The notes under the pieces were generated by a model. The model searched no databases and had not been told where the DNA came from. It worked only from the letters and a program-made list of their open reading frames with translations. From an uncultured Candidatus Rokubacteria bacterium (GTDB lineage Bacteria; Methylomirabilota; Methylomirabilia; Rokubacteriales; CSP1-6): 64,000 nt of DNA. The stretch is taken from contig CAVWFS010000018.1 in NCBI GenBank assembly GCA_963754315.1, forward strand, positions 256,001 to 320,000. The letters are read 5' to 3'. Position numbers and translations under genes: made by a program. Of the stretch, positions 29,341 to 41,487 are shown piece after piece. Position 1 is the first letter of the stretch, and each line of letters starts with the position of its first letter.

Positions 29341-30978
29341 ATGAAGGGGGGGCTCGGGAGTCTCCTGTCTCTGGCCGCGGTTCTGGCCGCGTCCGTCCTG
29401 GCCCCCGGACCCGCGCGAGCGCACCCCTTGGGGAATTTCTCCATCAGCCACTACACGGCACTCCGGGTGGAGCCCGACCGCATCTCGATCACCTACGTCA
29501 TAGACATGGCCGAGATCCCGACATTCCAGGAGCTGCAAAGCAAAGGTCTCGTTCCTGATCCTAGCCACCCATCGGTGGCGTCCTACCTCCGCCCCGCGAT
29601 CGAGGCCTTGGGGGCTGGCCTGCAGCTCGAGGTGAACGGCGCGCAGCTGATCCTCCACGCACGGTCGAGCGGTGTGGTCTTTCCCCCCGGAGCCGGAGAT
29701 CTGCCGACCATGAGGATGGAGGCGCTCTACCAGGCGAGCCTGGACCGAGTAGGGCTGCGGGAGGTTAACGAGCTCAAGTATCGGGACGAGAACTTTACGG
29801 GCCGCGCCGGCTGGAAGGAGATCGTCGCCGTGGCCGGTCCGCGCACGAGCCTCGCGAGAAGCTCCGTTCCAGAACAGGATCGGAGCCATGCTCTGACCGA
29901 CTACCCAACCGATCTCCTCGACAGCCCCCCCCAGGATGTCGAGGCCCGTTTGCTCTTCTCACTCACAACCGTGGCGGCTACCGGCACGATCCCTTCGCCT
30001 CCTCCGTTCGATACGCTCGCCACGCGGGAGCGAACGCAGAAGCCGACCATAGCGACCGTGGCGCCAGTCCGGAGAGCAACGACGTCCGGGGAGTCGGTCG
30101 ACCCCGCCTGGATTGCGCGCGACGTTGGGGCGACGGTCCCGGTTGCAAGCCGGCCGCCCACTCCGCGCTCGGCCTTCACTCAACTGGTGACGGCGGAGGA
30201 GCTGAGCTTTGGCGTGATCGTTCTGGCCATGCTCACCGCTCTCGGCGTGGGAGCCGCTCACGCCCTCGAGCCCGGACACGGCAAGGCGGTGGTGGCGGCG
30301 TATCTCGTAGGATCACGAGGGACGGCATGGCACGCGGTGTTCTTGGGGCTGGTGGTTACCGTTGCTCACACGGCCGGAGTCTTCCTCCTCGGGCTTGTCA
30401 CCCTCTATGCTTCCCGCTTCATCGTGCCCGAGCGTCTTTACCCGTGGCTCGGAGCCGCCTCTGGTCTAACGATTGCCGGCCTTGGCGCCTGGCTGTTTCT
30501 GCAGCGGTACGCGACATGGGACGCGCAGGGGCACCATCACCCCCACGGCGACCATGACCATCACCCGCATGGGCATCATCACGATGACCATCACAACGCT
30601 CGCCACGGTCACCACGACCATCACGACCACCACCATCACGCGGCCGCCTCGCTACGACAGCTGTGCACCTTGGGGATCACGGGAGGCCTTCTCCCGTGTC
30701 CGGCGGCGCTCGTGGTGTTGCTGAGCGCGATTGCCCTTCGCCGGACAGGTTTCGGGCTTCTGCTTATCGTCGCCTTCAGCTTCGGGTTGGCGACGGTCCT
30801 CATTGCCATCGGACTCTTGATGGTCTATGCGCGGCGCTTCATGGCCCGGGTGCACGGCGACGGGCGCATCGTAGGGCGCTGGCTTCCCCTGACGTCGGCG
30901 GCCGTCATCACGGTGCTGGGAGTGACGATCGCCATCCAGGCGCTGATATCGGCCGGAATTGTGCAGGTGCGTCTCTAG
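29341..30978 (+). CDS. Ni/Co transporter (RcnA/HoxN family) fused to an exported N-terminal domain
   Basis: Signal peptide then HPLGNFSI; HALEPGHGK, His-rich loop, GLLPCPAA; GGAGG RBS. Confidence 0.88.
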   Translation: MKGGLGSLLSLAAVLAASVLAPGPARAHPLGNFSISHYTALRVEPDRISITYVIDMAEIPTFQELQSKGLVPDPSHPSVASYLRPAIEALGAGLQLEVNGAQLILHARSSGVVFPPGAGDLPTMRMEALYQASLDRVGLREVNELKYRDENFTGRAGWKEIVAVAGPRTSLARSSVPEQDRSHALTDYPTDLLDSPPQDVEARLLFSLTTVAATGTIPSPPPFDTLATRERTQKPTIATVAPVRRATTSGESVDPAWIARDVGATVPVASRPPTPRSAFTQLVTAEELSFGVIVLAMLTALGVGAAHALEPGHGKAVVAAYLVGSRGTAWHAVFLGLVVTVAHTAGVFLLGLVTLYASRFIVPERLYPWLGAASGLTIAGLGAWLFLQRYATWDAQGHHHPHGDHDHHPHGHHHDDHHNARHGHHDHHDHHHHAAASLRQLCTLGITGGLLPCPAALVVLLSAIALRRTGFGLLLIVAFSFGLATVLIAIGLLMVYARRFMARVHGDGRIVGRWLPLTSAAVITVLGVTIAIQALISAGIVQVRL

Positions 30979-31105
30979 CGGACGCTCGAATCCCGCGGCC
31001 CGTGACAGGCTTGGGCACGGGGGGGCTGTCTTGGTAGTATCTGAATGGGCAACTCGCTGCCGCACTGAATCGGATGGAGCGATCGCGTCGGCGAATTCTC
31101 AGCGC

Positions 31106-31996
31106 ATGATGATGGCGGTCCTCGTGCTGGCTCTGGTGATGGGCCTGAGCGGTTGTGCCGTCAACCGCTCGGTACGGGCGGTCGATCTTACGGCGCACAC
31201 TCTGGCTCGCCCCACGACTGCCGACAGCCTGACGTCCCCCGAAGCAGCGGTCCAGGGAATTGCCGCCATCATGGTGGCCGACCTGGGGTTGCCGGTTCCC
31301 GAGCGTGTCACGGTGTACCTCTACTCCGGTCGCGAGGTGTTTGAACAGGGCCTGATCCGGGACGCCAACATCGCCCCCGTCCGCGCCGCTGAACTCAGCG
31401 ACTTCGCGGTCGGGGTGGGCAAGCGACGCCAGCTTCTCCTGCACGACGAGCAGGGCATGGACCGCGGTCGGGAATGGCTGCGGCTCATCGCCCACGAGCT
31501 CACCCACGTCGTTCAGATCGAGCTGGCTCATGGCGAGGGCCGTGTCGAACAGTGGCTGGCCGAGGGCATGGCGGAATGGGTGGCCTTCACGGTGCTGGAG
31601 CGGCTGCAGCTCGATGCCGTACGCCGCCGGCATGAGACGGCCGTGGCCGGTGTCCGCTCGCAAGCTGCCCTGCAAGCCGGACGACTCGACCTGGAGACCT
31701 TGGGTACGCCCCGCGGCTTCACCATGCGGCATCTGCGCGAAGGATCTCTCCCTACCTATCAGCTATCCTTCCTGATGACCGAGTATCTGATTCATCGCGA
31801 AGGCTTCCCGCGGATCCTCGAATATTTCGCGGCAGCGGCTCGCCCCCGCGACCGCCAGGCGACCTTTCGGAGCGTGTTCGGGCAGAGCCTCGAGCAGTTC
31901 GAGCGGGAAGTACTGCAGTACCTCCAGCTGCTCATCAACGAACCGGAGCCAAACCACCCGGTGGCAGCATCCCCGGGGCCACGATCGTCTCGTTGA
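31106..31996 (+). CDS. Lipoprotein with zinc-metallopeptidase (MA clan) motif
   Basis: Lipobox LSGC; HELTH followed by WLAEGMAE. Confidence 0.75.
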   Translation: MMMAVLVLALVMGLSGCAVNRSVRAVDLTAHTLARPTTADSLTSPEAAVQGIAAIMVADLGLPVPERVTVYLYSGREVFEQGLIRDANIAPVRAAELSDFAVGVGKRRQLLLHDEQGMDRGREWLRLIAHELTHVVQIELAHGEGRVEQWLAEGMAEWVAFTVLERLQLDAVRRRHETAVAGVRSQAALQAGRLDLETLGTPRGFTMRHLREGSLPTYQLSFLMTEYLIHREGFPRILEYFAAAARPRDRQATFRSVFGQSLEQFEREVLQYLQLLINEPEPNHPVAASPGPRSSR

Positions 31997-32059
31997 ACGT
32001 CGGAAGTCGACCAGCTGGCCAAAAGCGCAGATGTCGGCCGCCAAGCGGCGGGGCCGTCC

Positions 32060-32089
32060 TTGAAGTCGCCCCTGCCACGTCAATATAAT
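32060..32089 (+). promoter_or_regulatory. Sigma70-type promoter for acs
   Basis: TTGAAG-18nt-TATAAT, 48 nt upstream of the acs ATG. Confidence 0.6.
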
Positions 32090-32137
32090 CGGCGCGCAGT
32101 CCGGGGTTTAATCCGCGCTCGACGGTGAGGTCGCGCC

Positions 32138-34087
<1,950 letters not shown>

Positions 34088-34133
34088 GCGGGTGTCGGGG
34101 CGATCGACCTCGAGGGAGACATCGACCTCCGCG

Positions 34134-34430
34134 GTGGCGCGTGTCCCGGTGGAGGTCGTGTCGTGGGTGACCAAGTTCGTCGGGGGCGACGGTTCGGGGC
34201 GGCGGCTCTTCGAGGAAACGCTCACGAACGGAGCGACCGTCCGGTCGGTGCTCCATGGTCTCTCGGCCCGCTTTCCCGAATTGGATCACGCGCTGTGGAA
34301 TGGTGCGGAGCTCGGCGAGCACATCGAGGTGCTGGTGAACGACGCCGTTCTCGACGTCCACCACACGCTCGATTCCCCCATCACTGCCGGCGACCGCATC
34401 ACCTTGCTCGGCCAGTACATGGGCGGCTGA
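34134..34430 (+). CDS. MoaD/ThiS ubiquitin-like protein
   Basis: VLVND, GDRITL and C-terminal GG; start could be 34092. Confidence 0.8.
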   Translation: MARVPVEVVSWVTKFVGGDGSGRRLFEETLTNGATVRSVLHGLSARFPELDHALWNGAELGEHIEVLVNDAVLDVHHTLDSPITAGDRITLLGQYMGG

Positions 34431-34501
34431 GGCTGGAGCATAGACCGGAACGTCATGCCCTGAGGGCCGGCGCCGGGCGCCCCTCGCGCGTCCACGGTCC
34501 G

Positions 34502-35485
34502 TCAGAATACGTAGCGGCTGCCGACCGCTGACGGGGTAACCACCGATTCCCCGAACTCCTTCAGGAGCGCGTAGACGGCACGCCACCCTGTGCAGTGCGC
34601 GGGCATGATCTGGCGCAGGCCGAACTGCCTCAGGTGCGCCACCGTATCGGGGATCAAGACCTCGAGCGCGGTCCCGGACAGATGAAGCCCTCCGAGCACA
34701 CCGTAGAGCGGCACCTCCGGGAATACGTGACGGGCATGCAGCAGAACATTCACGATCCCGGCATGGGAGCAAGCACTGAACACGAGCAGCCCCTTCCCGA
34801 CTACGTGAACCGCCAGGTACCGTTCATCCATGATGAGGGGGTCTGGCTCCCATGCCGCCTCGGGGGACCGGCGGCAGAGATGGTCAGGGCGGCCCTTCTC
34901 GAAGGCCGACACCCTCGGTATCTCGCCGCTCAGGTAGAAGCACCCCTCGGCCAACGCCCGGGCCTCGCTGCTGTTGATCACCCTTGCCCCGTGAGCGGTC
35001 AGGGCCGCGGGCGAGGGGACGGGCTGAAAGGGAGCGATCTGACCGGTCGTCAACGTCGCCGCGCGCTCCAGGAACATGCCCGGATTCACGTGACACGGTA
35101 TCGGACGGCCCGGGCTGGTGGGTACGATGTGATCGAGGGCGTCCAGCAACGCTCCCATGTGATCCCAGTGCCCATGGGAGACGGCGATCTCCTCCACCGC
35201 GGCCAGCCTCACCCCGAGATTGTGACAGTTCCGCACGAAGAGCACGCCCTCCGGTCCTGCGTCGAAGAGTATGGTGTGCTGGCGGGGGCCGACGTGCGCG
35301 GTCAGCACGAGAGCCAGACCGAGCTGAGCACAGCAGAGGGTGGGGCCGGAGAGCTCCCTTGCCCCCGCCGCCATCACGTTGTTGAACTCGGGCGAGACGT
35401 GCGGCGGCTTGCTCGAATAGCTGTCGCTCAGATTGTCGAGCGCAATGTCCACCACCAGCTTGTCTACGGGCCTGAGCTGCGCCAT
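34502..35485 (-). CDS. MBL-fold metallo-hydrolase (DHPS-like MBL subgroup)
   Basis: LFDAG, SHGHWDHMG, ACSHAG, GGLHL, PAHCTG. Confidence 0.88.
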   Translation of the reverse strand: MAQLRPVDKLVVDIALDNLSDSYSSKPPHVSPEFNNVMAAGARELSGPTLCCAQLGLALVLTAHVGPRQHTILFDAGPEGVLFVRNCHNLGVRLAAVEEIAVSHGHWDHMGALLDALDHIVPTSPGRPIPCHVNPGMFLERAATLTTGQIAPFQPVPSPAALTAHGARVINSSEARALAEGCFYLSGEIPRVSAFEKGRPDHLCRRSPEAAWEPDPLIMDERYLAVHVVGKGLLVFSACSHAGIVNVLLHARHVFPEVPLYGVLGGLHLSGTALEVLIPDTVAHLRQFGLRQIMPAHCTGWRAVYALLKEFGESVVTPSAVGSRYVF

Positions 35486-35768
35486 GAGTTGGGCCTCCGA
35501 TCCGCCCCGATATTTCGGGTAGGTTCCGACTATTTTGGCGCGGCGGCCGGGCAAACGCGTACGGTACGTGGCCCGCCCGTTCGTGGAGATGTCCCGTGCA
35601 TCACTTGACTTCCCGGGATCCCGCCTCGAAGATCGCGGAATACAACGTGTCCGCCGTGCGGATCGAGCTCGCGCGGAGCTGACGACAACGCCGACCCTGT
35701 TCCTGGGCCCAATGTCGCCGGGTCAGCCTTCTCCGGTCATCGTGGCGCCCATGTGAGGAGAGCGCCCG

Positions 35769-37445
35769 ATGGGGAAGAGCGACATCGAGATCGCCCGCGA
35801 GACGAAGCTGCAAGCCATCGCGACCGTTGCCGAAGGCCTGGGACTGACGGACGGCGACCTCGAACTGTACGGGCGCCACAAGGCCAAGGTCCGTGTCGAG
35901 ACCTTCGAGCGTCTGCGCACCCGGCCCGACGGAGCGCTGGTGCTGGTGACGGCCATGACGCCGACGCCGGCCGGCGAAGGGAAGTCCACCACCACGGTGG
36001 GCCTTGGTGACGCCTTCCGGCGGCTGGGCAAGCGCTCGATCGTCACCATACGCGAGCCCTCCCTCGGTCCCTGTTTCGGGGTGAAGGGAGGCGCCGCTGG
36101 CGGGGGGTACGCACAGGTCGTACCCATGGAGGACATCAACCTGCACTTCACGGGCGATCTACACGCCGTCACAGCCGCCCATAACCTGCTGGCCGCCATC
36201 GTCGACAACCACATTTTTCAGGGCAACACTCTCGGCCTCGACGCGCGGCGCGTCCTCTGGAAGCGCGTGCTCGACATGAACGACAGGGCCCTGCGCAACC
36301 TCGTGATCGGGCTGGGCGGACCTATTCACGGTGTTCCGCGGGAGTCTGGTTTCGAGATCACGGTAGCCTCGGAGATCATGGCCATCCTCTGTCTGGCCAA
36401 CGATCTGGCTGATCTCAAGCGGCGCATTGCACGGGCCGTGGTGGGGGAGCGTGCCGACGGAAGCCTGGTGAACGCGGGGGATCTCGGCGTGGCGGGAGCC
36501 CTCGCTGTCCTCCTGCGCGACGCCATCAAACCGAATCTGGTGCAGACGCTCGAGGGAACGCCGGCCTTCGTGCACGGCGGCCCCTTCGCCAATATCGCGC
36601 ACGGCTGCAACAGCCTGATGGCGACCCGGTTGGCCCTCAAGCTGGGCGAGGTCGTGGTGACGGAGGCAGGATTCGCCAGCGATCTCGGCGCCGAGAAGTT
36701 CTTCGACATCAAGTGTCGCGCGGGCGGACTGACGCCGGCGGCGGCGGTGGTGGTGGCGACGGTGCGTGCGCTCAAGATGCACGGCGGCGTGGCCCGCGAG
36801 CAACTCGAGCGGGAGAACGTGGACGCGGTACAGGCGGGTCTCGCGAATCTAGAGAAGCACGTGGAGAACGTCAAGCGCTTCGGCGTGGCCCCGGTGGTGG
36901 CCCTCAATCACTTCATCGCAGATTCGGACGCCGAGATTGAGACCGTGATGCGCGCGTGCCAGCGTCTTGGGGTGCCCGGCTGCCTTTCCCGTGTGTGGGA
37001 GCGGGGCGGGGCGGGCGGGACAGACCTGGCCGAGGCGGTCCTGCGCGCCATGGGGGCACCGAACCGACCATCCTTCCGGCCCCTCTATCCCGATGAGCTG
37101 CCGCTGGTGAAGAAGATCGAGGCCATCGCCACAAGTCTCTATGGCGCCGATGGCGTCAGCGTGCTGCCGGCGGCGCAGACGAAGCTGACGAAATACGAGA
37201 GTTTGGGGTATGGCCAGCTGCCAGTCTGCATCGCCAAGACTCAGAATTCCCTCTCTGACGACCCCCGAAAGCTCGGCCGTCCTCGAGGCTTCACGGTGAC
37301 GATCCGAGACGCCAAGCTCTCGGCGGGTGCCGGCTTCGTGGTGGCCTATGCCGGCGACATCCTGACCATGCCCGGACTGCCAAAGAAACCGGCGGCGGAG
37401 TCGATTGACATCGACGAGAGCGGGCAGGTAGTCGGGCTCTTCTAG
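35769..37445 (+). CDS. fhs: Formate--tetrahydrofolate ligase
   Basis: [40 protein letters not shown]. Confidence 0.97.
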   Translation: MGKSDIEIARETKLQAIATVAEGLGLTDGDLELYGRHKAKVRVETFERLRTRPDGALVLVTAMTPTPAGEGKSTTTVGLGDAFRRLGKRSIVTIREPSLGPCFGVKGGAAGGGYAQVVPMEDINLHFTGDLHAVTAAHNLLAAIVDNHIFQGNTLGLDARRVLWKRVLDMNDRALRNLVIGLGGPIHGVPRESGFEITVASEIMAILCLANDLADLKRRIARAVVGERADGSLVNAGDLGVAGALAVLLRDAIKPNLVQTLEGTPAFVHGGPFANIAHGCNSLMATRLALKLGEVVVTEAGFASDLGAEKFFDIKCRAGGLTPAAAVVVATVRALKMHGGVAREQLERENVDAVQAGLANLEKHVENVKRFGVAPVVALNHFIADSDAEIETVMRACQRLGVPGCLSRVWERGGAGGTDLAEAVLRAMGAPNRPSFRPLYPDELPLVKKIEAIATSLYGADGVSVLPAAQTKLTKYESLGYGQLPVCIAKTQNSLSDDPRKLGRPRGFTVTIRDAKLSAGAGFVVAYAGDILTMPGLPKKPAAESIDIDESGQVVGLF

Positions 37446-37449
37446 TTTC

Positions 37450-38304
37450 ATGGCCATCATCCTCGACGGCAAGGCAGTGGCGGCCAGCATCCAGCGTGAG
37501 GTGGCATCGGCCACAGCCGCGCTACGAGCCAGGTGGGGCGTCGTGCCAACTCTCGCCGTGATCCTGGTGGGGGACGACCCGGCGTCGAGGATCTACGTGG
37601 GCCGCAAGACACAGGCGTGCCGCGAGGCGGGCATCGAAGCCCGAGACCACCTCTTTCCCGAGGGTATATCCGAAGAGTCACTGCTGGCGCTGGTGCGGGA
37701 GCTGAACGACGCGCGCGACGTGCACGGGATCCTCGTCCAGCTTCCCCTCCCCAACGGTATCGACGAGGCGCGCGTGCTGGACGCCATCGACCCCGCCAAG
37801 GACGTCGACGGCTTCCATCCCCAGAATCTGGGGCGATTACTCATCGGTCAGCCGATCGTCGTGCCTGGCACACCGGCCGGGATCATGGCGATCTTGGAGC
37901 ACTACCAGATCGGCCTGCGGGGGCGTTTGGCTACCGTGGTCGGCCGCTCACGCATCGTGGGCAAGCCGGTGGCTCAGCTTCTCCTGGCTCAGGACGCCAC
38001 CGTCACCACGGCTCACAGCAAGACGCCTGACCTAGCCGCCGTCACGCGCCAGGCCGACGTACTGGTGGTCGCCACCGGACGAGCTCACCTGGTGGGCGCG
38101 ACGCACGTGAAACCTGGCGCAACCGTCATCGATGTGGGTGTCAATCGCCTCCCGGACGGCAAGCTCGCCGGCGACGTCGACTTTGCCGCCGTTTCGCCCA
38201 TTGCCTCCGCCATCACGCCTGTGCCGGGCGGGGTCGGCCCGACCACGGTGGCCATGCTGATGCGCAACACGTTGCGCGCCTGTCGTCGCCAGCTCGGTGA
38301 TTGA
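37450..38304 (+). CDS. folD: Methylenetetrahydrofolate dehydrogenase/cyclohydrolase
   Basis: LVQLPLP, KDVDGFH, GRSRIVGKP, PVPGGVGP. Confidence 0.96.
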   Translation: MAIILDGKAVAASIQREVASATAALRARWGVVPTLAVILVGDDPASRIYVGRKTQACREAGIEARDHLFPEGISEESLLALVRELNDARDVHGILVQLPLPNGIDEARVLDAIDPAKDVDGFHPQNLGRLLIGQPIVVPGTPAGIMAILEHYQIGLRGRLATVVGRSRIVGKPVAQLLLAQDATVTTAHSKTPDLAAVTRQADVLVVATGRAHLVGATHVKPGATVIDVGVNRLPDGKLAGDVDFAAVSPIASAITPVPGGVGPTTVAMLMRNTLRACRRQLGD

Positions 38305-38472
38305 TGTAGGTTCCCGTATGAAGTGTTTTCGGGGGGATTCGAGTGTCTCGCCGACCGTCCCTGATCCCTGATCCCTGGCGCCTGCGTCGGGAGCTGCTCG
38401 TAGCCTTGGTGGATGCCGGGAGCTCGGCAAGGGTGATTGAACACACGCGTGGCAGTGGTAGACTTCCCGGCC

Positions 38473-39393
38473 ATGCTCAACCCGTTCAAGCAGCCCGAGC
38501 TCATCAAGGCCGAGTCGTTTGCCTCGATGCCGGTGAAGTTCCGCGTCAAGGGCCGGACGGCGTGGTCGGATCCGAACCGGCAGGGCGCGGAAGTGGACAG
38601 CTTCCTGGAGGGGCCGTCCTTCGATCGCGCGGGGAATCTCTATGTCGTCGACATCCCGTTCGGACGTGTCTTCAAGATCACCCCGGCCCGCGAGTGGGAG
38701 CTGGTGGTCCAGTACGACGGGTGGCCCAACGGGCTCAAGTTCCACAGCGACGGCCGCATCGCCATTGCCGACTACCGTCGCGGCCTGATGATCTTGGACC
38801 CTGGTCCGGGAACGATTGAACCTTTGCTCGAGACCGCCTACAGCGAAGGCTTCAAGGGGCTGAACGATCTGCACTTCGCGTCCAACGGCGACCTCTATTT
38901 CACCGACCAGGGACAGACGGGTGTCGCCGATCCCACGGGACGGGTATTTCGCCTACGCGCCGACGGGGTGTTGGATCGCCTCGCGAGCAATGTGCCGAGT
39001 CCCAATGGCATCACGCTCAACACGCGGAACACCCAGGTCTACGTGGCGGTCACGCGCGCCCAGCAGATTTGGCGACTGCCGCTGATGGCCGATGGGCAGC
39101 CGTCCAAGACGGGCGTCGCTATCCAGCTATCCGGGGGGCATGCCGGCCCCGACGGCATCGAGATGGACGCGGAAGACGGTCTTGTCGTGTGTCATCTCGG
39201 CGTGGGAGTGTGGCGCTTCGACTCGAATTGCCTACCCACGCACCTCGTCCATGCCGAGGGCCACCGGCTCCTCACCAACGTGGCTTTTGGCGGCCCGGAC
39301 CGCCGGACGCTTTACATCACGGATTCGCTGAACGGGGAGATTCTCACCGCCTCCATGCCGGTTGCGGGCAAGCTCATGTTCGGCCTTGGGTAG
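38473..39393 (+). CDS. SMP-30/gluconolactonase/LRE family protein (second paralog)
   Basis: FLEGPSFD, WPNG, GLNDL, SPNGI, GPDG, TNVAFGG. Confidence 0.9.
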   Translation: MLNPFKQPELIKAESFASMPVKFRVKGRTAWSDPNRQGAEVDSFLEGPSFDRAGNLYVVDIPFGRVFKITPAREWELVVQYDGWPNGLKFHSDGRIAIADYRRGLMILDPGPGTIEPLLETAYSEGFKGLNDLHFASNGDLYFTDQGQTGVADPTGRVFRLRADGVLDRLASNVPSPNGITLNTRNTQVYVAVTRAQQIWRLPLMADGQPSKTGVAIQLSGGHAGPDGIEMDAEDGLVVCHLGVGVWRFDSNCLPTHLVHAEGHRLLTNVAFGGPDRRTLYITDSLNGEILTASMPVAGKLMFGLG

Positions 39394-39448
39394 GCACTGA
39401 GCTGGCCGCGTCCCATGGCCGGCGCGATATATGATCAGCGGCGCGGCC

Positions 39449-39733
39449 ATGGCAACCTACGAGATCATTTCCTGGCGCGGCGTGCCCGCTATCGTCGAGG
39501 CACGCGACGAGCAGGGGGCGGTCACGCGGCCCCTCAGCGACCGCTTCCAGATGCTCATCGATAGCGCCGCCATGCAGCTCGGACTCCAGGGCTCGGAAGA
39601 ATACCTGGAGCAGTGGAGCCGCAGTTCGGCACTCGAACGGACAGGGTCGGCCGAGCAGGTGGCGGACGCGGTCGCCGCTGACCTCGAGGGGCGCTTCCCA
39701 GAATTCATTGGCCAGGCGTTCGGCCGCTCTTGA
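39449..39733 (+). CDS. Small protein resembling the Pfam Virulence factor (CvfC-like) domain
   Basis: WRGVPA.V, LSDRFQMLIDSAAM, YLEQW pattern. Confidence 0.65.
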   Translation: MATYEIISWRGVPAIVEARDEQGAVTRPLSDRFQMLIDSAAMQLGLQGSEEYLEQWSRSSALERTGSAEQVADAVAADLEGRFPEFIGQAFGRS

Positions 39734-39847
39734 CGGGAGCGCACGCCGGTCGCGAAGAGCCGGTCTATCCCGGGGCGATGATGGATGCTTGACGCTGAGG
39801 GTAGCCCTCAGTAGGGTGGCGTCAACGGCTGCCGAGCGGGAGACAGC

Positions 39848-40783
39848 ATGGGAACGATCCCGATAAAGCTCATCGAGGATACGGCGCGGGAGCTGATGGC
39901 CCGAGCTGCCATCGACATTCCGACCGACTATCGCGAAGGCGTGCGGCGTGCCCGAGATCGGGAGCACAACCGGCTCGCGCGCTTCGTGCTGGACGAGATG
40001 GACGCCAACTGGGACATTGCCAGCGCCGATCGCCGGCCGATGTGCGCGGACACGGGGCTGCCGCGCTACTACGTGCGGGCCGGAAATGGGGCCATGGTGG
40101 AGGGCGGCTTCGTAGCCCTCGAACGTGCCCTGCGGGTCGCCACGGCTGATGCCACCGCCTCCATCCCACTCCGACCCAATCGGGTGCACCCGCTCACCCG
40201 CGTCGATCACAACAACAACGTGGGGATGCACGCCCCCGAGATCACCTACGCCTTCGAGCCGGACGCCGAGTGGATCGACCTCACCGTGGTGCACAAGGGG
40301 GGCCTCTTCGGAAGTGACTACCGCATGCTCTTTCCGGCCGACGGCGTTCCCGGCCTCAGGCGCTTCTTTGTGGATACCCTCGTGCAGTTCGGCAAGCGAG
40401 GCCTGGCCTGTCAGCCCGCCATCGTGGGGGTCGGCATCGGGGGGAGTAAAGACACGTGCGTGAGACTCGGCAAGGAGGCGGCGTGCTTGCGCGCGGTGGG
40501 TAGCCAGAACCCGGATCCGGAGATCGCCCGGCTGGAGTCGGAGCTGACCGAGCTCGGCAACTACATCGGCATCGGGGCGATGGGCTTCGCCGGCACGTCG
40601 ATGGTGGTGGCGACTCACATCGAGGTCGCTTACACCCACACGGGAGGGATGCCCGTGGGAATTCACCAGTTCTGCCTATCCTCCCGCCGGGCGACGGCGC
40701 GCGTGCATCCCGGCGGCCGCGTCGAGTTCCGTGGCGATCCTCGGTGGTTCACCGACTACTATCGCCGGACCGGGATCGAGTGA
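39848..40783 (+). CDS. Fe-S hydro-lyase alpha subunit (tartrate dehydratase / class I fumarase)
   Basis: PMCADTG, ACQPAIVGVGIGG, GIGAMGFAG, FC.S.RR. Confidence 0.9.
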   Translation: MGTIPIKLIEDTARELMARAAIDIPTDYREGVRRARDREHNRLARFVLDEMDANWDIASADRRPMCADTGLPRYYVRAGNGAMVEGGFVALERALRVATADATASIPLRPNRVHPLTRVDHNNNVGMHAPEITYAFEPDAEWIDLTVVHKGGLFGSDYRMLFPADGVPGLRRFFVDTLVQFGKRGLACQPAIVGVGIGGSKDTCVRLGKEAACLRAVGSQNPDPEIARLESELTELGNYIGIGAMGFAGTSMVVATHIEVAYTHTGGMPVGIHQFCLSSRRATARVHPGGRVEFRGDPRWFTDYYRRTGIE

Positions 40784-41487
40784 AGCAACCCGTAAACTGC
40801 TCGCGGTCCATGCGCCTCGACGACATCGCGATGGACGAAGTGCGGCTTACCACGCCGGTGAGCGAAGAGGCAATGGGCCGCCTGAAGCTTGGCGACATCG
40901 TCTACCTCGACGGGGCCCTCTTCACCGCGCGCGAAGGCGTCTACCGGAAGGTCGTCGACGAAGGACACGAACTGCCCCCCGCTGTCCGCGCCCTCACCAA
41001 CGTCAATTTCCACTGCTCGCCGGCGGCCAGTCGGCGCGCAGACGGGCGCTACGCGGTGGAGGCCGTCACGGCCACCGCCAGCTTCCGCTTTGGCAAATCG
41101 TTCGTGCGCTGGTTCGAGCGCTCGGGCACCAAGGTCATCGTGGGCAAGGCTGGGCTGACGGAGACGGCCTATCGCGAGTGGTTCGTCCCTCACGGCGCCG
41201 TGTACCTGACCACCGTGGGTTACGGCCTGGGGGCGGCCTACGGGCGGGCCATCAAGCGTGTGGTCGACGTGCACTGGCTGGAGGAGCTCGGGATCGCGCA
41301 GGCCCTCTGGGTCCTGGAAGTGGAGCGGCTCGGTCCTTTCCTGGTCGAGGGCGACCGCGACGGACGGAGCCTCTTCGCGCTGGCCAACCGTGAGATCAAC
41401 CTCCGCCTGCAGGAGGTCTATGGGGCATTGCCTCCCTATGCCATGAACCGCTTCGGCGAGGTCTCCACCCTCGACGAGGTGGTGTAG
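40780..41487 (+). CDS. Fe-S hydro-lyase beta subunit
   Basis: GDIVYLDG..FTAR, HCSP, TASFR, IVGKAG, GPFLV; start may be 40810 or 40831. Confidence 0.88.
   Translation: MKQPVNCSRSMRLDDIAMDEVRLTTPVSEEAMGRLKLGDIVYLDGALFTAREGVYRKVVDEGHELPPAVRALTNVNFHCSPAASRRADGRYAVEAVTATASFRFGKSFVRWFERSGTKVIVGKAGLTETAYREWFVPHGAVYLTTVGYGLGAAYGRAIKRVVDVHWLEELGIAQALWVLEVERLGPFLVEGDRDGRSLFALANREINLRLQEVYGALPPYAMNRFGEVSTLDEVV

Noticed and set aside
38359..38377. CCCTGAT heptamer repeats after folD
   Set aside because: Under three copies, intergenic, with no supporting structure
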